A model generated the notes under the pieces. The model ran no database searches and had not been told where the DNA came from. It saw nothing but the letters and a program-made list of their open reading frames with translations. The translations under genes were made by a program, and so were the position numbers. DNA of 64,000 bases from Candidatus Bathyarchaeia archaeon (GTDB taxonomy: Archaea; Thermoproteota; Bathyarchaeia; Bathyarchaeales; Bathycorpusculaceae): assembly GCA_038883655.1 (NCBI GenBank), contig JAVZLQ010000002.1:57532-121531 (forward strand), in the 5' to 3' direction. Numbering within the stretch: the first letter of the stretch is position 1; each line of letters starts with the position of its first letter. This document shows, in pieces, positions 28,733 through 38,696 of this stretch.

Positions 28733-29962
28733 ATGGTGAAGGCAATCATTATTGGATGTCCGTTTGGTTTTTTGGCTTTCAACGAAGAGGATAGGCTTGT
28801 AGACAAGATTTTGTTCTCAAAAAACCCGCAGAGCGCAGCCCAAACACTCGTTAAGATTGAGTCTGGAAAAGTTGTTGAAGAGTTTGTAGAACTTATTAAT
28901 AGACTTAAGAGCAGCGGTTTCGACGTTTTTGTTTTTGAAAATTCTGTTCTCGCTGAAGAAGCAAAAAGGCGTTTTAAAGTTACGGCGGAATTTCTAAAGG
29001 TTTCAAAGGCCGGTGAAATGGTCCGTTCACGCATGGAGAATTTTGCTGTTGAAACAGGCTTTGCTAGAGATGCTGAGGCATTTAGGGTTTGGATGCATGA
29101 TTTAGCGATGGAAGTTGCCAAATTAAGAGTTAAGGGCGCTGTTGAAAAAAGAGACTTGCTGATAGTTCAGGCAATACAGACGCTTGACGACCTTGACAGG
29201 GCGATAAACCTTTTCATGGGAAGGCTCAGAGAGTGGTATGGCATACACTTTCCAGAGCTAGACCGTTTAGTGGAGAAGCACGAAACCTACGCGCGTCTTG
29301 TCTTAAAACTTGGAAGTAGAGAAAACTTTACAATTGAAAACCTTGAAGTGGAGGGCATTCCGAAGGCAAAGGCAGAGCAAATATCAAAGACTGCTGAAAA
29401 CTCCATGGGCGCAGCGCTTTCGGAGGGGGACATGATGCAAATCCAAGCCTTATGCAAAAATGTGATTTCCATGCACCAGCTTAGACAAGAACTTGAAGAT
29501 TATTTAGACAAAACCATGGATGAGGTTGCGCCGAACGTTAAGGCTTTGACGGGCTCATTGCTCGGAGCGCGCCTAATCGCTTTGGCTGGAGGCTTAACAA
29601 ATCTTGCTAGAATACCCGCAAGCACAATACAAGTTATAGGCGCGGAAAAGGCGCTTTTCCGTTCATTGAAAACTGGGACCAGACCGCCAAAGCATGGAAT
29701 AATTTTCCAGCACGCCTATTTGCATGAAGCTAAGAAGTGGCATAGAGGGAAAATTGCAAGGGCGCTAGCCGGCAAGTTGGCAATCGCTGCAAGGGCTGAC
29801 GCTTTTGGTGGACGGTACATAGGCGAGGAGTTGAAAGTTGATTTGGAAAAGCGCATTGAAGAGATTCGTGAAAAATATGGTGAGCCCCCACCAGCCAAAG
29901 AAAAGAAGCCTAAACATGAAAAGAAAGAGAGGAGAAAGGGGAAACGTGGAAATAAGAGTTAA
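28733..29962 (+). CDS. nop5: C/D box RNP protein Nop5 (Nop56/58)
   Basis: EWYGIHFPEL, PASTIQVIGAEKALF and PKHG. Confidence 0.96.
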   Translation: MVKAIIIGCPFGFLAFNEEDRLVDKILFSKNPQSAAQTLVKIESGKVVEEFVELINRLKSSGFDVFVFENSVLAEEAKRRFKVTAEFLKVSKAGEMVRSRMENFAVETGFARDAEAFRVWMHDLAMEVAKLRVKGAVEKRDLLIVQAIQTLDDLDRAINLFMGRLREWYGIHFPELDRLVEKHETYARLVLKLGSRENFTIENLEVEGIPKAKAEQISKTAENSMGAALSEGDMMQIQALCKNVISMHQLRQELEDYLDKTMDEVAPNVKALTGSLLGARLIALAGGLTNLARIPASTIQVIGAEKALFRSLKTGTRPPKHGIIFQHAYLHEAKKWHRGKIARALAGKLAIAARADAFGGRYIGEELKVDLEKRIEEIREKYGEPPPAKEKKPKHEKKERRKGKRGNKS

Positions 29963-30641
29963 GTCGCACCCGCAGTTTCCAGCAATATACCAAGTAACGC
30001 TGGAGGATGGAAGCCAAAGGCTTGCAACTAGAAACCTTACTCCTGGAAGAAACGTCTATGGTGAGAGGTTAATTCGCTATGAGGGTGTTGAGTATCGCCT
30101 TTGGGACGCATTTAGAAGCAAACTTGCAGCGGCGATACTGAAAAATTTAAAAACCGTTCCAATAAAGCCAGAACATAAGGTGCTTTATTTGGGCGCGGCT
30201 TCTGGAACAACGGCGAGCCACGTTTCAGATATTGTTGGAGAAAAGGGCTATGTATATTGCATTGAGTTTGCAGCCCGAGCCTTAAGGGAGCTTGTAAACA
30301 ATGTTTGCGCTTACAGGGTTAACATGTTGCCAATACTTGAGGATGCCCGTTTTCCAGAAAAATACGCGATTTTCGTAAGCGGAAAGGTTGATGATATCTA
30401 CTGTGACATTGCTCAGCCGGAACAAGCAAAGATCTTAGCAGACAACGCCGACATCTTCCTAAAAAAGTCTGGTTGGGTAATGCTCGCAGTTAAAGCCCAA
30501 AGCATAGACGTAACAAAAGAGCCGGAGGAAGTCTATAAGGGCGAAGTAAAAGTTCTTGAAAGCCGTGGCTTTCGAATAGAAGAGATCGTCCACCTAGAGC
30601 CTTATGATAAGGCTCACGCCATGATAGTTGCTCAGTTTTAA
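29946..30641 (+). CDS. flpA: fibrillarin-like rRNA/tRNA 2'-O-methyltransferase
   Basis: VYGE, RSKLAAA, LYLGAASGTT.SH and DIAQPEQ; probable GTG at 29946. Confidence 0.96.
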   Translation: MEIRVKSHPQFPAIYQVTLEDGSQRLATRNLTPGRNVYGERLIRYEGVEYRLWDAFRSKLAAAILKNLKTVPIKPEHKVLYLGAASGTTASHVSDIVGEKGYVYCIEFAARALRELVNNVCAYRVNMLPILEDARFPEKYAIFVSGKVDDIYCDIAQPEQAKILADNADIFLKKSGWVMLAVKAQSIDVTKEPEEVYKGEVKVLESRGFRIEEIVHLEPYDKAHAMIVAQF

Positions 30642-30643
30642 GT

Positions 30644-31633
30644 ATGATTTATATCAGACAACGTGATGATATCTTTTGTGACATCGCGATGATTAACGAG
30701 GAAAGGGAGAAAGCGAAACTACCAGAAAACGCATTGAGAGAAGCTGGCTTTGCTGTTTCAGAAAAATGTTGCATACGCCCAAGCTGTTTTGATTTTGTGG
30801 CAAGGAAAAGGGAAGTCCTAGTCTTTGTCAAGGTTCATCGCGATATTGACTCGCTATCCCAAAACGACTTTTTTGAGCTTGAAAAAATTTCAAACTGTGT
30901 CAGAGCAACACCGATTTTGGTAAGCGAAAGTATGCGTGAAAGACCACTTGAGGACGACACTGTTTATTCACGCTACAACATTGTGGCTGTAACCCCAAAG
31001 ACATTCGAAAATTTTGTTGTTAACAAAGTTAGCCCATTAATCCAGGCTGGGCCTGGCGGATATTATGTGGAGATAGACTGCGAGGCGATAAGGCGCAGAA
31101 GACAAGAGTTGGGCTTGTCTGTTGGCGAAATGGCTGAGATAGTTGGCTTGTCCCGAAGAACCCTTTACGGCTATGAACGCGGAATGGCTAAGGCATCTGT
31201 AACAGCGGCATATAACCTCATGTGCGCTTTGGGAATTCCAATAGCCAAGCCAGTAAACATATTTGAAAAGCCCAGGAATCAGCGTAAATGCTTCTTAACG
31301 ACGGCCAAGCGTATAATTGCAAAAAACAAGGTTGTGAGAAGGTTTTTGAAGAAGTTTTCAAGGTGCAATATAACAGCTGTCAGAAAGGCGCCGTTCGACT
31401 TTGTCATAAATGTTCCAGAAGAAAATACGCACATAATAGGCGGAGTTGCAAGCAGTAAAGAACAAAAACTTGAGAGGAGAGTTGACGAAATAATAAGTGT
31501 AAGCAAAGTTGTGAGAGCCTACCCAATCCTTGTCACAGACAAGCAGAAGCTAGTGAACAAGGACATACCATGCGTCAGCAGCGAAGAAATCTCGAAGATC
31601 AGAAAGCCCGAAGACCTAATCAACAAATTTTAA
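30644..31633 (+). CDS. archaeal HTH transcriptional regulator (COG1395 type)
   Basis: SCFDFVAR, LEDDTVYSR, GPGGYYV and a Cro-type HTH (SRRTLYGYERG). Confidence 0.88.
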   Translation: MIYIRQRDDIFCDIAMINEEREKAKLPENALREAGFAVSEKCCIRPSCFDFVARKREVLVFVKVHRDIDSLSQNDFFELEKISNCVRATPILVSESMRERPLEDDTVYSRYNIVAVTPKTFENFVVNKVSPLIQAGPGGYYVEIDCEAIRRRRQELGLSVGEMAEIVGLSRRTLYGYERGMAKASVTAAYNLMCALGIPIAKPVNIFEKPRNQRKCFLTTAKRIIAKNKVVRRFLKKFSRCNITAVRKAPFDFVINVPEENTHIIGGVASSKEQKLERRVDEIISVSKVVRAYPILVTDKQKLVNKDIPCVSSEEISKIRKPEDLINKF

Positions 31634-32292
31634 ACAAGTTTTGCTTGGCGCAGCACATTCTCGCTTTTGGTTCTCTTGGCCGGCTTCCAAGATTTTCTAA
31701 CGAACTCGGGGTATTCTCCAAACTCCTCTAGGCATTTCTGGAGAAACCTAATTGTTTTGGGGTCTGATGGATATCCGCATCCAATTTCTCCATATTTTTT
31801 GGCAATTTCAGCTATTTCCCTATCCCTTTCAACTTTGGCTATTATCGAGGCTGCTGAAACTATTGGATATTTCCTATCAGCCTTATGCTCCGAAATTACT
31901 TGAACCTTAATTGGGAGCACCTCCAAAATGTGTTGTTTGAACCGCTCCTCTAAAACATCAGAAGCATCCACGTACGCGATGTCTGGCTTTAACATTTCTA
32001 TGACCTTTGCCATGGCTTGCGCTTCAAGTCTATTCAGCTTATGCAGTTTTCTCCCAGACGCCACAACCTTGTCAATCTCCATAGGCGAAAGCTTCACGAT
32101 ACTATACTTTTCTGCTACACGTTTAATCTCAACTGCAAGTTTCTCGCGTCTCTGTGGCGAAAGAAGCTTTGAATCTCTAACCTTCAATTCAACAAGTTTT
32201 TGCATGTTCTCCTCTTTAATTAGGACTCCTGCAATAACGAGCGGCCCAATGATCGAGCCTCGCCCAGCGTCGTCAACTCCAGCAATCAGCAT
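31630..32292 (-). CDS. rnhB: ribonuclease HII
   Basis: GVDDAGRG, DSKLL, SAASIIAKV, GYPSDP and a C-terminal PIP-like QAKL. Confidence 0.96.
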   Translation of the reverse strand: MLIAGVDDAGRGSIIGPLVIAGVLIKEENMQKLVELKVRDSKLLSPQRREKLAVEIKRVAEKYSIVKLSPMEIDKVVASGRKLHKLNRLEAQAMAKVIEMLKPDIAYVDASDVLEERFKQHILEVLPIKVQVISEHKADRKYPIVSAASIIAKVERDREIAEIAKKYGEIGCGYPSDPKTIRFLQKCLEEFGEYPEFVRKSWKPAKRTKSENVLRQAKLV

Positions 32293-32341
32293 TTAAAATC
32301 GCCCTTTCAAACAGTACTCCACTTCAGCTAATAACGCTTTG

Positions 32342-32893
32342 TCATTTTTTAATCAGATCAGCGATTTTCTCGGCAATAACCGTGTGGAGCCTATCTCTAT
32401 TCTCAAAGTTTACAATGTGAACTTCTGCGTCTTCTCTGGCTTTAATTTCGTCTATAAGTTTATCCTTTGCCTTCCAATGGACAACGCCAACTAACGGTTT
32501 TTTGCTGTCAATAGCCATTTTTACGGTGTGCTTAAATTTTTCAGAGAAAAGCTCCATTGGACCAATCTCGTCAATGACTATCACATCAGCCTCCTCAACA
32601 GCCCTTTCTATCGCTTCTACGCCGACGCTGTTCAAGTCTTCAATGTTAACGCGGTACTTGCCGACGCTTGGACCATTAGGCTGGTTTACATGAGCAAGCC
32701 AACCGCGCTTTGAGCTGGCTATATCTAGAATTTCAAAGCCAACTCGTGTTCTACATGAACGAACTTCTCGGCTTATCATCCCACCGACCGTATACCCCTT
32801 TCCCCTCAAGGTTTCTACAATTTTTGTTAGCACTGTAGTTTTTCCTATTCCTGGACTTCCAGTTAGAAGCACTATTCGCTTTTTCATAAGCAA
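32342..32893 (-). CDS. nucleoside triphosphatase (THEP1 family)
   Basis: GSPGIGKTT, VGKY and IDEIGPME. Confidence 0.93.
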   Translation of the reverse strand: MLMKKRIVLLTGSPGIGKTTVLTKIVETLRGKGYTVGGMISREVRSCRTRVGFEILDIASSKRGWLAHVNQPNGPSVGKYRVNIEDLNSVGVEAIERAVEEADVIVIDEIGPMELFSEKFKHTVKMAIDSKKPLVGVVHWKAKDKLIDEIKAREDAEVHIVNFENRDRLHTVIAEKIADLIKK

Positions 32894-32925
32894 GAAATTC
32901 TAATATCACTTTTATAATGATTTAG

Positions 32926-34179
32926 TTGCTGGAGAAAAGCGGGTTGATGAGCGGAAAGTTCTACAATTTGGATTTTCCAACAGAAACCATTAAAGAAGGC
33001 AAGGTGAAAGTTTTAGTTCCAAAGCTGAAGGCTTTTGTTAAGTCGCCGTCAGAGTATGCGCCTTCTAAGGCACCAGTCTTTTATAATCCCGTTATGGAAT
33101 TGAACCGTGACATTGCGGTTTTAGCCCTACAAGCTTACCAGAGAATTGTTAACCGTGAAATTGTGGTTTGTGAGCCTCTTGGCGGCTGCGGTGTTAGGGG
33201 CATCCGCTTCGCTGTTGAGGTTGAAGGTGTGAAAGAAGTTTTGATCAACGATATAAATGTCAAGGCGTTCAAACTTGCGAAATACAACGTTGAAATCAAT
33301 GAACTTGGCGACCGTGTAAAATTAACCAACGAAGATGCAAACTACATTTTAACCATGCATGGAGCACCTAAGAAAAGGTTTGACGCGATAGACATAGACC
33401 CTTTCGGCTCTCCAGTTCCCTACGTGGATTCAGCTTTGAGGGCACTGCGTAATGGCGGCTTTTTGGCTTTAACCGCAACTGACATGGCGCCTTTATGTGG
33501 AGTCTATCCAAAGGCTTGTGTTAGGCGATATTATGGAAAGTCTTTGAGAACAGAGTATTGCCACGAGTTGGCTGTTAGGCTTTTGGCTGGTTGTCTAGCC
33601 TTAACAGCAGCGAAATATGATATTGGCGTGGAACTTCTTTTCAGCCACAGCACAGATCACTACATAAGGGTTTACGCAAAAATAATGCATGGCGCAAAGG
33701 TGGCTGACGAAAGCGTAAAAAACATGGGATACATCGCCCACTGCTTCACGTGCTTCCACAGAGAAGCCCGCAAAGGGCTTTTCCCAAGCAATTTGCCATC
33801 AAAATGTCCAGAGTGCGGCACAAAACTAAGCCTTGGCGGTCCGCTGTGGCTTGGCAAAATAGCCAATAAAGAGTTTTGCACCTTGATGGGGAGGGAACTT
33901 TCAAATAAAGGGCTTGGACAAAAGGGAAGGGTGGAGAAAATTTTGGCTTTAGTGAAAAATGAGGTTAACGCTCCGCCAACATATTATGTTCTAGACAAGT
34001 TGTGCGACGCTTTGAACTTGCAAGTTCCACCATTAAAAACCATTCTGGAAGGCTTACGTAGTAGGGGATTCCAAGCATTTTTGACACACTTCCATCCTAG
34101 GGGCTTAAAGTCAGATGCTCCAGCAGCAAGACTGAAAGAAGTTTTGCGTGAAACTTTGCGCTTGTCTGGCAAGTTTTAA
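32926..34179 (+). CDS. trm1: tRNA (guanine26-N2)-dimethyltransferase
   Basis: VFYNP.MELNRD, DIDPFGSP, TATD and HE...R.L. Confidence 0.95.
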   Translation: MLEKSGLMSGKFYNLDFPTETIKEGKVKVLVPKLKAFVKSPSEYAPSKAPVFYNPVMELNRDIAVLALQAYQRIVNREIVVCEPLGGCGVRGIRFAVEVEGVKEVLINDINVKAFKLAKYNVEINELGDRVKLTNEDANYILTMHGAPKKRFDAIDIDPFGSPVPYVDSALRALRNGGFLALTATDMAPLCGVYPKACVRRYYGKSLRTEYCHELAVRLLAGCLALTAAKYDIGVELLFSHSTDHYIRVYAKIMHGAKVADESVKNMGYIAHCFTCFHREARKGLFPSNLPSKCPECGTKLSLGGPLWLGKIANKEFCTLMGRELSNKGLGQKGRVEKILALVKNEVNAPPTYYVLDKLCDALNLQVPPLKTILEGLRSRGFQAFLTHFHPRGLKSDAPAARLKEVLRETLRLSGKF

Positions 34180-34208
34180 ATAACCTTGGCTTTACATGAA
34201 GAGGCTAG

Positions 34209-34775
34209 GTGGACAGTTTGAGGAAAGGAACATTACTTTTAGCGCTGTTTATTATGCCCTTGCTTTTCGCGGTTGTAAACGCAAGCATCGAATCCATAAC
34301 AGCTTGGACGAACAAGCAAGTTTATGTTCCAGGCGAAAGGGGCACGCTTTACGTGAACTTTTACAACAGCAGGGCAAGCACGATTGAGATTAAGAACATA
34401 ACTGTAACGTACAAGTCTTGGCAAGCGTACATTGACGGCAAGTGGGTTGGCAACGAAACTTTCAACGTTAATGAAAATGTTACGGGTGGCAGCGTAGCCA
34501 CCCTGAAGATACCCTTCACTGTTCCAAGCGATGGAAGGGCGCAAAAAACAGCCGTTGATATAGAGATTGGGACAAGCCTTGGAATCGAAACCAAAATTAA
34601 TGCTACAGTAATTAACGTCTCGGAAACTTCGCCCTACATGGAGCAAATAGTCACGCTTTTCACGATACAAGCAGTTCTGCTAATAGTGTGCACAATAGTG
34701 ATATCCGCAACAATATTTTTGTCAATCCATAAGCCTCCACCAGCAATTAAAACGGGAGAAAGCCAAAACGCATAA
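34209..34775 (+). CDS. secreted/membrane-anchored Ig-like hypothetical protein
   Basis: Signal peptide, beta-rich core with N-x-T sequons, C-terminal TM. Confidence 0.7.
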   Translation: MDSLRKGTLLLALFIMPLLFAVVNASIESITAWTNKQVYVPGERGTLYVNFYNSRASTIEIKNITVTYKSWQAYIDGKWVGNETFNVNENVTGGSVATLKIPFTVPSDGRAQKTAVDIEIGTSLGIETKINATVINVSETSPYMEQIVTLFTIQAVLLIVCTIVISATIFLSIHKPPPAIKTGESQNA

Positions 34776-34834
34776 AAAATCAAGCCTTGGCGAATTCTTA
34801 AGTAATAGAAAAGCAATAATTTTGTACGCAACTG

Positions 34835-36547
34835 TTGAATGTTGGAGGTGCCGTGAAACTCGGAAAAGTTTTGGTCGCATCAGCTTGGCCATATGTAAAC
34901 TACACGCCACACTTGGGCACTATGCTTCAGATTCTGTCAACAGATGTTGTCGCTAGGTACTACCGCTTAAAGGGCGAAGAAGTCGTGATGGTCAGCGGTT
35001 CAGATGAGCACGGAACACCAATAGAGGTTGAAGCCATCAGACTTGGTGTTCAGCCTAAACAGCTGACCGATAAGGTTCATGCGAGGGTTGTTGAGCTTTT
35101 CAAGAAGTGGGGAATATCCTTTGACAACTACACGCGCACAGAAAACCCGACACATAAGGAGTTTGTCCGAAAACACTTCATGAAACTCTACAACAACGGG
35201 TACATCTTCGAAAAGGAGACGGAGATGCTCTACTGCGAAAACTGCAAACGCTTCCTTCCAGACAGATTTGTTGAAGGAAAGTGCCCATACTGTGGATACG
35301 TTCCAGCAAGAGGAGACCAATGCCCAGAATGCGGAAGATTGTTGGAAACAACATTGCTTGTTGAACCGTACTGCGCGGTGTGCAAGGCAACACCAGTGCT
35401 GAAAAAGACTAAGCATTTTTACTTTGACCTATCAAAGTTTTCGCAAGAACTTGAAGATTACATAAAAAACAATGAGCAGTTGCCAACAAATGCGAGAAAC
35501 TTCAGCCTAAACCTAATAAAGGAGGGCTTAAAGCCAAGAGCAGTTACACGCGATAATAAATGGGGGATTCCAGCACCCTTTCCAGGGGCTGAGGAAAAGA
35601 CAATTTATGTTTGGGTCGAAGCGGTTTTGGGTTATGTTTCAGCCACAATTGAGCACTTCAAGAATCGCGGCGAACCAGAAAAATGGAGGGAGTTCTGGTT
35701 TAACAAAGACGCTAAAACACTGTTCTTCATAGGCAAAGACAACATACCATTCCACACAATAATTTTCCCAGCGCTTCTCTTAGGTGCACGAGAGGACTAC
35801 AATCTTCCATGGAACGTTTCAACAACGGAGTTCCTCCAGTTCAAAGGTGAAAGAGCCTCAAAAAGCCTCAGAAAGGGAATATGGATAGACGAAGCCCTAG
35901 AGCTTTTTCCAGCGGATTATTGGCGTTACTTCTTGATGGCGACGAGACCAGAAACAAGAGACTCAAACTTCACATGGGAATTTTTCGCGGAAAAGATAAA
36001 CGCGGATTTAAACGACACGTTTGGAAACTTCATTCACAGAACACTAACATTCATAAACACAAGGTTTGACGGCGAAATTCCAGAACCATCAAACCTAGAA
36101 GAGGATGACAAGCGCATACTCGAAGCTGTTAAGGAAAAAGTGGAAAATATGGCTAGGGAAATTGAAGAATGTAAGTTGCAGTCAGCAGCAAACACTTTGA
36201 TAGGCATAAGCCGCATCGGAAATCAGTACCTAAACGAAAAGGAACCATGGAACCTAATAAAAAAGAATAAGGCTAAAGCTGCAAACATCCTCTACGTGGC
36301 GGCTCAAATAGTAAAGGCTTTGGCAATAGTTTCCGCGCCGTTCATGCCATTTGCAGCAGAAGAAATATGGAAAACATTAAACCTTCCTGGAAGCGTCCAC
36401 GAGCAAATGTGGGAAGAAGCCACAAAACCATTACCCGCAAAACACAAAATAGCGAAAGCAAAACCTATTTTCAAGAAGATAGAGGCAAGTGCACAGCAAC
36501 TAGACGAGTTGCTGGAGAAGGTTAGAGAGGGAATCAAAAGCGCTTAA
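34835..36547 (+). CDS. metG: methionine-tRNA ligase (short form)
   Basis: WPYVN..PHLG, GSDEHG, Zn knuckles, GKDNIPFH and ASKS. Confidence 0.96.
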   Translation: MNVGGAVKLGKVLVASAWPYVNYTPHLGTMLQILSTDVVARYYRLKGEEVVMVSGSDEHGTPIEVEAIRLGVQPKQLTDKVHARVVELFKKWGISFDNYTRTENPTHKEFVRKHFMKLYNNGYIFEKETEMLYCENCKRFLPDRFVEGKCPYCGYVPARGDQCPECGRLLETTLLVEPYCAVCKATPVLKKTKHFYFDLSKFSQELEDYIKNNEQLPTNARNFSLNLIKEGLKPRAVTRDNKWGIPAPFPGAEEKTIYVWVEAVLGYVSATIEHFKNRGEPEKWREFWFNKDAKTLFFIGKDNIPFHTIIFPALLLGAREDYNLPWNVSTTEFLQFKGERASKSLRKGIWIDEALELFPADYWRYFLMATRPETRDSNFTWEFFAEKINADLNDTFGNFIHRTLTFINTRFDGEIPEPSNLEEDDKRILEAVKEKVENMAREIEECKLQSAANTLIGISRIGNQYLNEKEPWNLIKKNKAKAANILYVAAQIVKALAIVSAPFMPFAAEEIWKTLNLPGSVHEQMWEEATKPLPAKHKIAKAKPIFKKIEASAQQLDELLEKVREGIKSA

Positions 36548-36562
36548 TTTGGCCGTGAAAAT

Positions 36563-37210
36563 TTGCAACTAAAAATTGACTTGCATGTGCATACGCAGTA
36601 CTCCTACGACGGTTTAATCACACCGAAAGAACTTATTTACTACGCGAAAAAACGTGGATTAGACGGCGTTGCCATAACAGACCACGACACCGTTGAAGGT
36701 GCCCTAAAAATTGCTGAAGAAGCAGATTTTTTGATAATTCCGGGGATCGAAATTTCAAGTTTGAACGGGCATGTTGTGGGGCTTAATGTATGCGAGACCA
36801 TTCAAAGAAGATTAAGCGTTGAGGAAACCGTCGATAAAATACATGATGCTGGAGGTATAGCAATTGCATGCCACCCTACAACCCTTTTCAAAAATGTTCT
36901 GAAAAGGAACATGAAAGCAAAATTTGACGCTGTAGAAGTGATAAACGCTTCAGCATTTCCATTTAAGCACATGGTAAAGCGCAACAAAGAATTTGCCCAA
37001 AACCTTGGAGTTGCGCATGTTGCTGGAAGCGATGCGCACTATGGTCCAGAAATAGGCTATGCCTACACAATTGTTGACGCAGAGCCCGAAATTACAAGTA
37101 TAATTGAAGCCTTAACCAAAGGTTTTTGTAAGCCTTTTGGAGAACCGATACCATTAAGTTTAAGGTTTAAGAGAATAATCTTGCGCTTGAAAAAGAGTTT
37201 TAATTTATAA
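36563..37210 (+). CDS. PHP-domain metallohydrolase
   Basis: DLHVHT.YS.DG, ITDHD, PGIE, HP and GSDAH. Confidence 0.92.
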   Translation: MQLKIDLHVHTQYSYDGLITPKELIYYAKKRGLDGVAITDHDTVEGALKIAEEADFLIIPGIEISSLNGHVVGLNVCETIQRRLSVEETVDKIHDAGGIAIACHPTTLFKNVLKRNMKAKFDAVEVINASAFPFKHMVKRNKEFAQNLGVAHVAGSDAHYGPEIGYAYTIVDAEPEITSIIEALTKGFCKPFGEPIPLSLRFKRIILRLKKSFNL

Positions 37211-37227
37211 AAATATGGAAGATGGTG

Positions 37228-38334
37228 CTAAAAGTTCTCCATCTGATAAAGGTCAAGCTGAATATTCAGCGGCCTTTCGGGCTCCGCGTAAGGCTCGAGA
37301 TTAAAGAGTTGCGGCGCAATTGTTCCAAACCCGCTTAGGATGTGTGGCGAATTCACGCCAGTCATCACTAAGGTTACTCTAAGCTTGCCGTTTTCTTCTG
37401 GATTAACCCTTGCACCCCAAATAACAAGCGCATTGCGATCCATCATTTCTGTGACTATTTCGCCAACACGGTTTGCCTCTTCAATGGTCATTTGTGCGTC
37501 TCCAGTAACATGTATGAGCGCTCCAGTTGCACCAGCATAATCAACATCCAAAAGCGGACTCCTCAAAGCGTTTCTTACAGCTTCTTCCGCTCTGTTCGGC
37601 GCGTCTGACTCGCCAACACCTATTACGGCTACACCTCCACGCTTAACTATCGTTTTGAAGTCTGCGAAGTCAAGGTTGATTAAGCTTGGCGCCGAAATGG
37701 TTTCGACTATTCCCTTAATCATGTTAGCTAAAACTTGATCTGCAACCCTGAAAGCTTCATTTATCGGCAACTGGGGCACAAGCTGCATTAACTTGTTATT
37801 ATCTATAATAACGACCGTATCGCAGTGTCTGCGCATCTCGTTCAAAGCCAAAGCCGCATACTCGATGCGTCCCTTCTCAATCCTAAACGGAGTGGTAACA
37901 ACACCAACGGTAATCGCCCCCTTTCGCCTAGCAATTTCAGCAATAACTGGCGCAGCGCCAGTTCCAGTACCACCGCCCAAACCAGCAGTTATGAAAACTA
38001 TATCCATGTTTGAAAGCAGCTCTTCAACTTGTTTCCTAGACTCTTCAATGGCTGCTTTGCCAAGCTTTGGGTCTCCGCCCACACCAAGACCACGCGTAAG
38101 TTTTTCACCTATGAGGACTTTTCTATGCGCCTTTGAAATCCTTAGATGAATTGCATCTGTGTTTACGGCGATACATTCCGCGCCGGATATACCCATCTCC
38201 ATAAGCCTCGTCAACGTGTTGTTTCCCGCCCCGCCAACGCCTACCACGGCTATGCGACACGCGTCCGTTAATGGAACTCCATCGGCGCCAGCGCTTTGAA
38301 GGGCATACTTGAGTGCATGCTCCATTGGGCTCAT
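37228..38334 (-). CDS. ftsZ: cell division protein FtsZ (FtsZ2-like context)
   Basis: GVGGAGNN, NTD, GGGTGTG tubulin signature and T7 loop NLDFAD; probable ATG at 38334. Confidence 0.96.
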   Translation of the reverse strand: MSPMEHALKYALQSAGADGVPLTDACRIAVVGVGGAGNNTLTRLMEMGISGAECIAVNTDAIHLRISKAHRKVLIGEKLTRGLGVGGDPKLGKAAIEESRKQVEELLSNMDIVFITAGLGGGTGTGAAPVIAEIARRKGAITVGVVTTPFRIEKGRIEYAALALNEMRRHCDTVVIIDNNKLMQLVPQLPINEAFRVADQVLANMIKGIVETISAPSLINLDFADFKTIVKRGGVAVIGVGESDAPNRAEEAVRNALRSPLLDVDYAGATGALIHVTGDAQMTIEEANRVGEIVTEMMDRNALVIWGARVNPEENGKLRVTLVMTGVNSPHILSGFGTIAPQLFNLEPYAEPERPLNIQLDLYQMENF

Positions 38335-38335
38335 T

Positions 38336-38491
38336 TTAGTCAACCCTTTTTCTCCGCTCAATCTCGCCATTAATTAAGTCGCGTATGGCCACACGAATAG
38401 CCTCAGCCCTGTTAGGATAATACTTCTCACTCACAAGCTGATCTAACATCTTAATGTAAGGTTCAGGCAAATACAGAGTAATCATTTTCAT
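38336..38491 (-). CDS. cdrS: ribbon-helix-helix regulator, CdrS-like
   Basis: MKMITLYLPE.....LD.LV....YPNRAEAIR.AIRDL; SD-like GGGGAG upstream; directly 5' of ftsZ. Confidence 0.85.
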   Translation of the reverse strand: MKMITLYLPEPYIKMLDQLVSEKYYPNRAEAIRVAIRDLINGEIERRKRVD

Positions 38492-38696
38492 TGCATCTCC
38501 CCCTTTTTGGTGGCATAAAAATCGCTTCACGTATACCTATAGACGTATATAATATGTTCTAATTATGTTTTAATTATGTTCGTTTTTTCCCTTTTAAATT
38601 TATGCATAACCCGTTTCAACTATGTGTAAATTTTGTGTGTTTGGAACCCCTATGTTTTTATCTCTTTTTGGAGCATTTAATGTAGTGCGATGGTAA

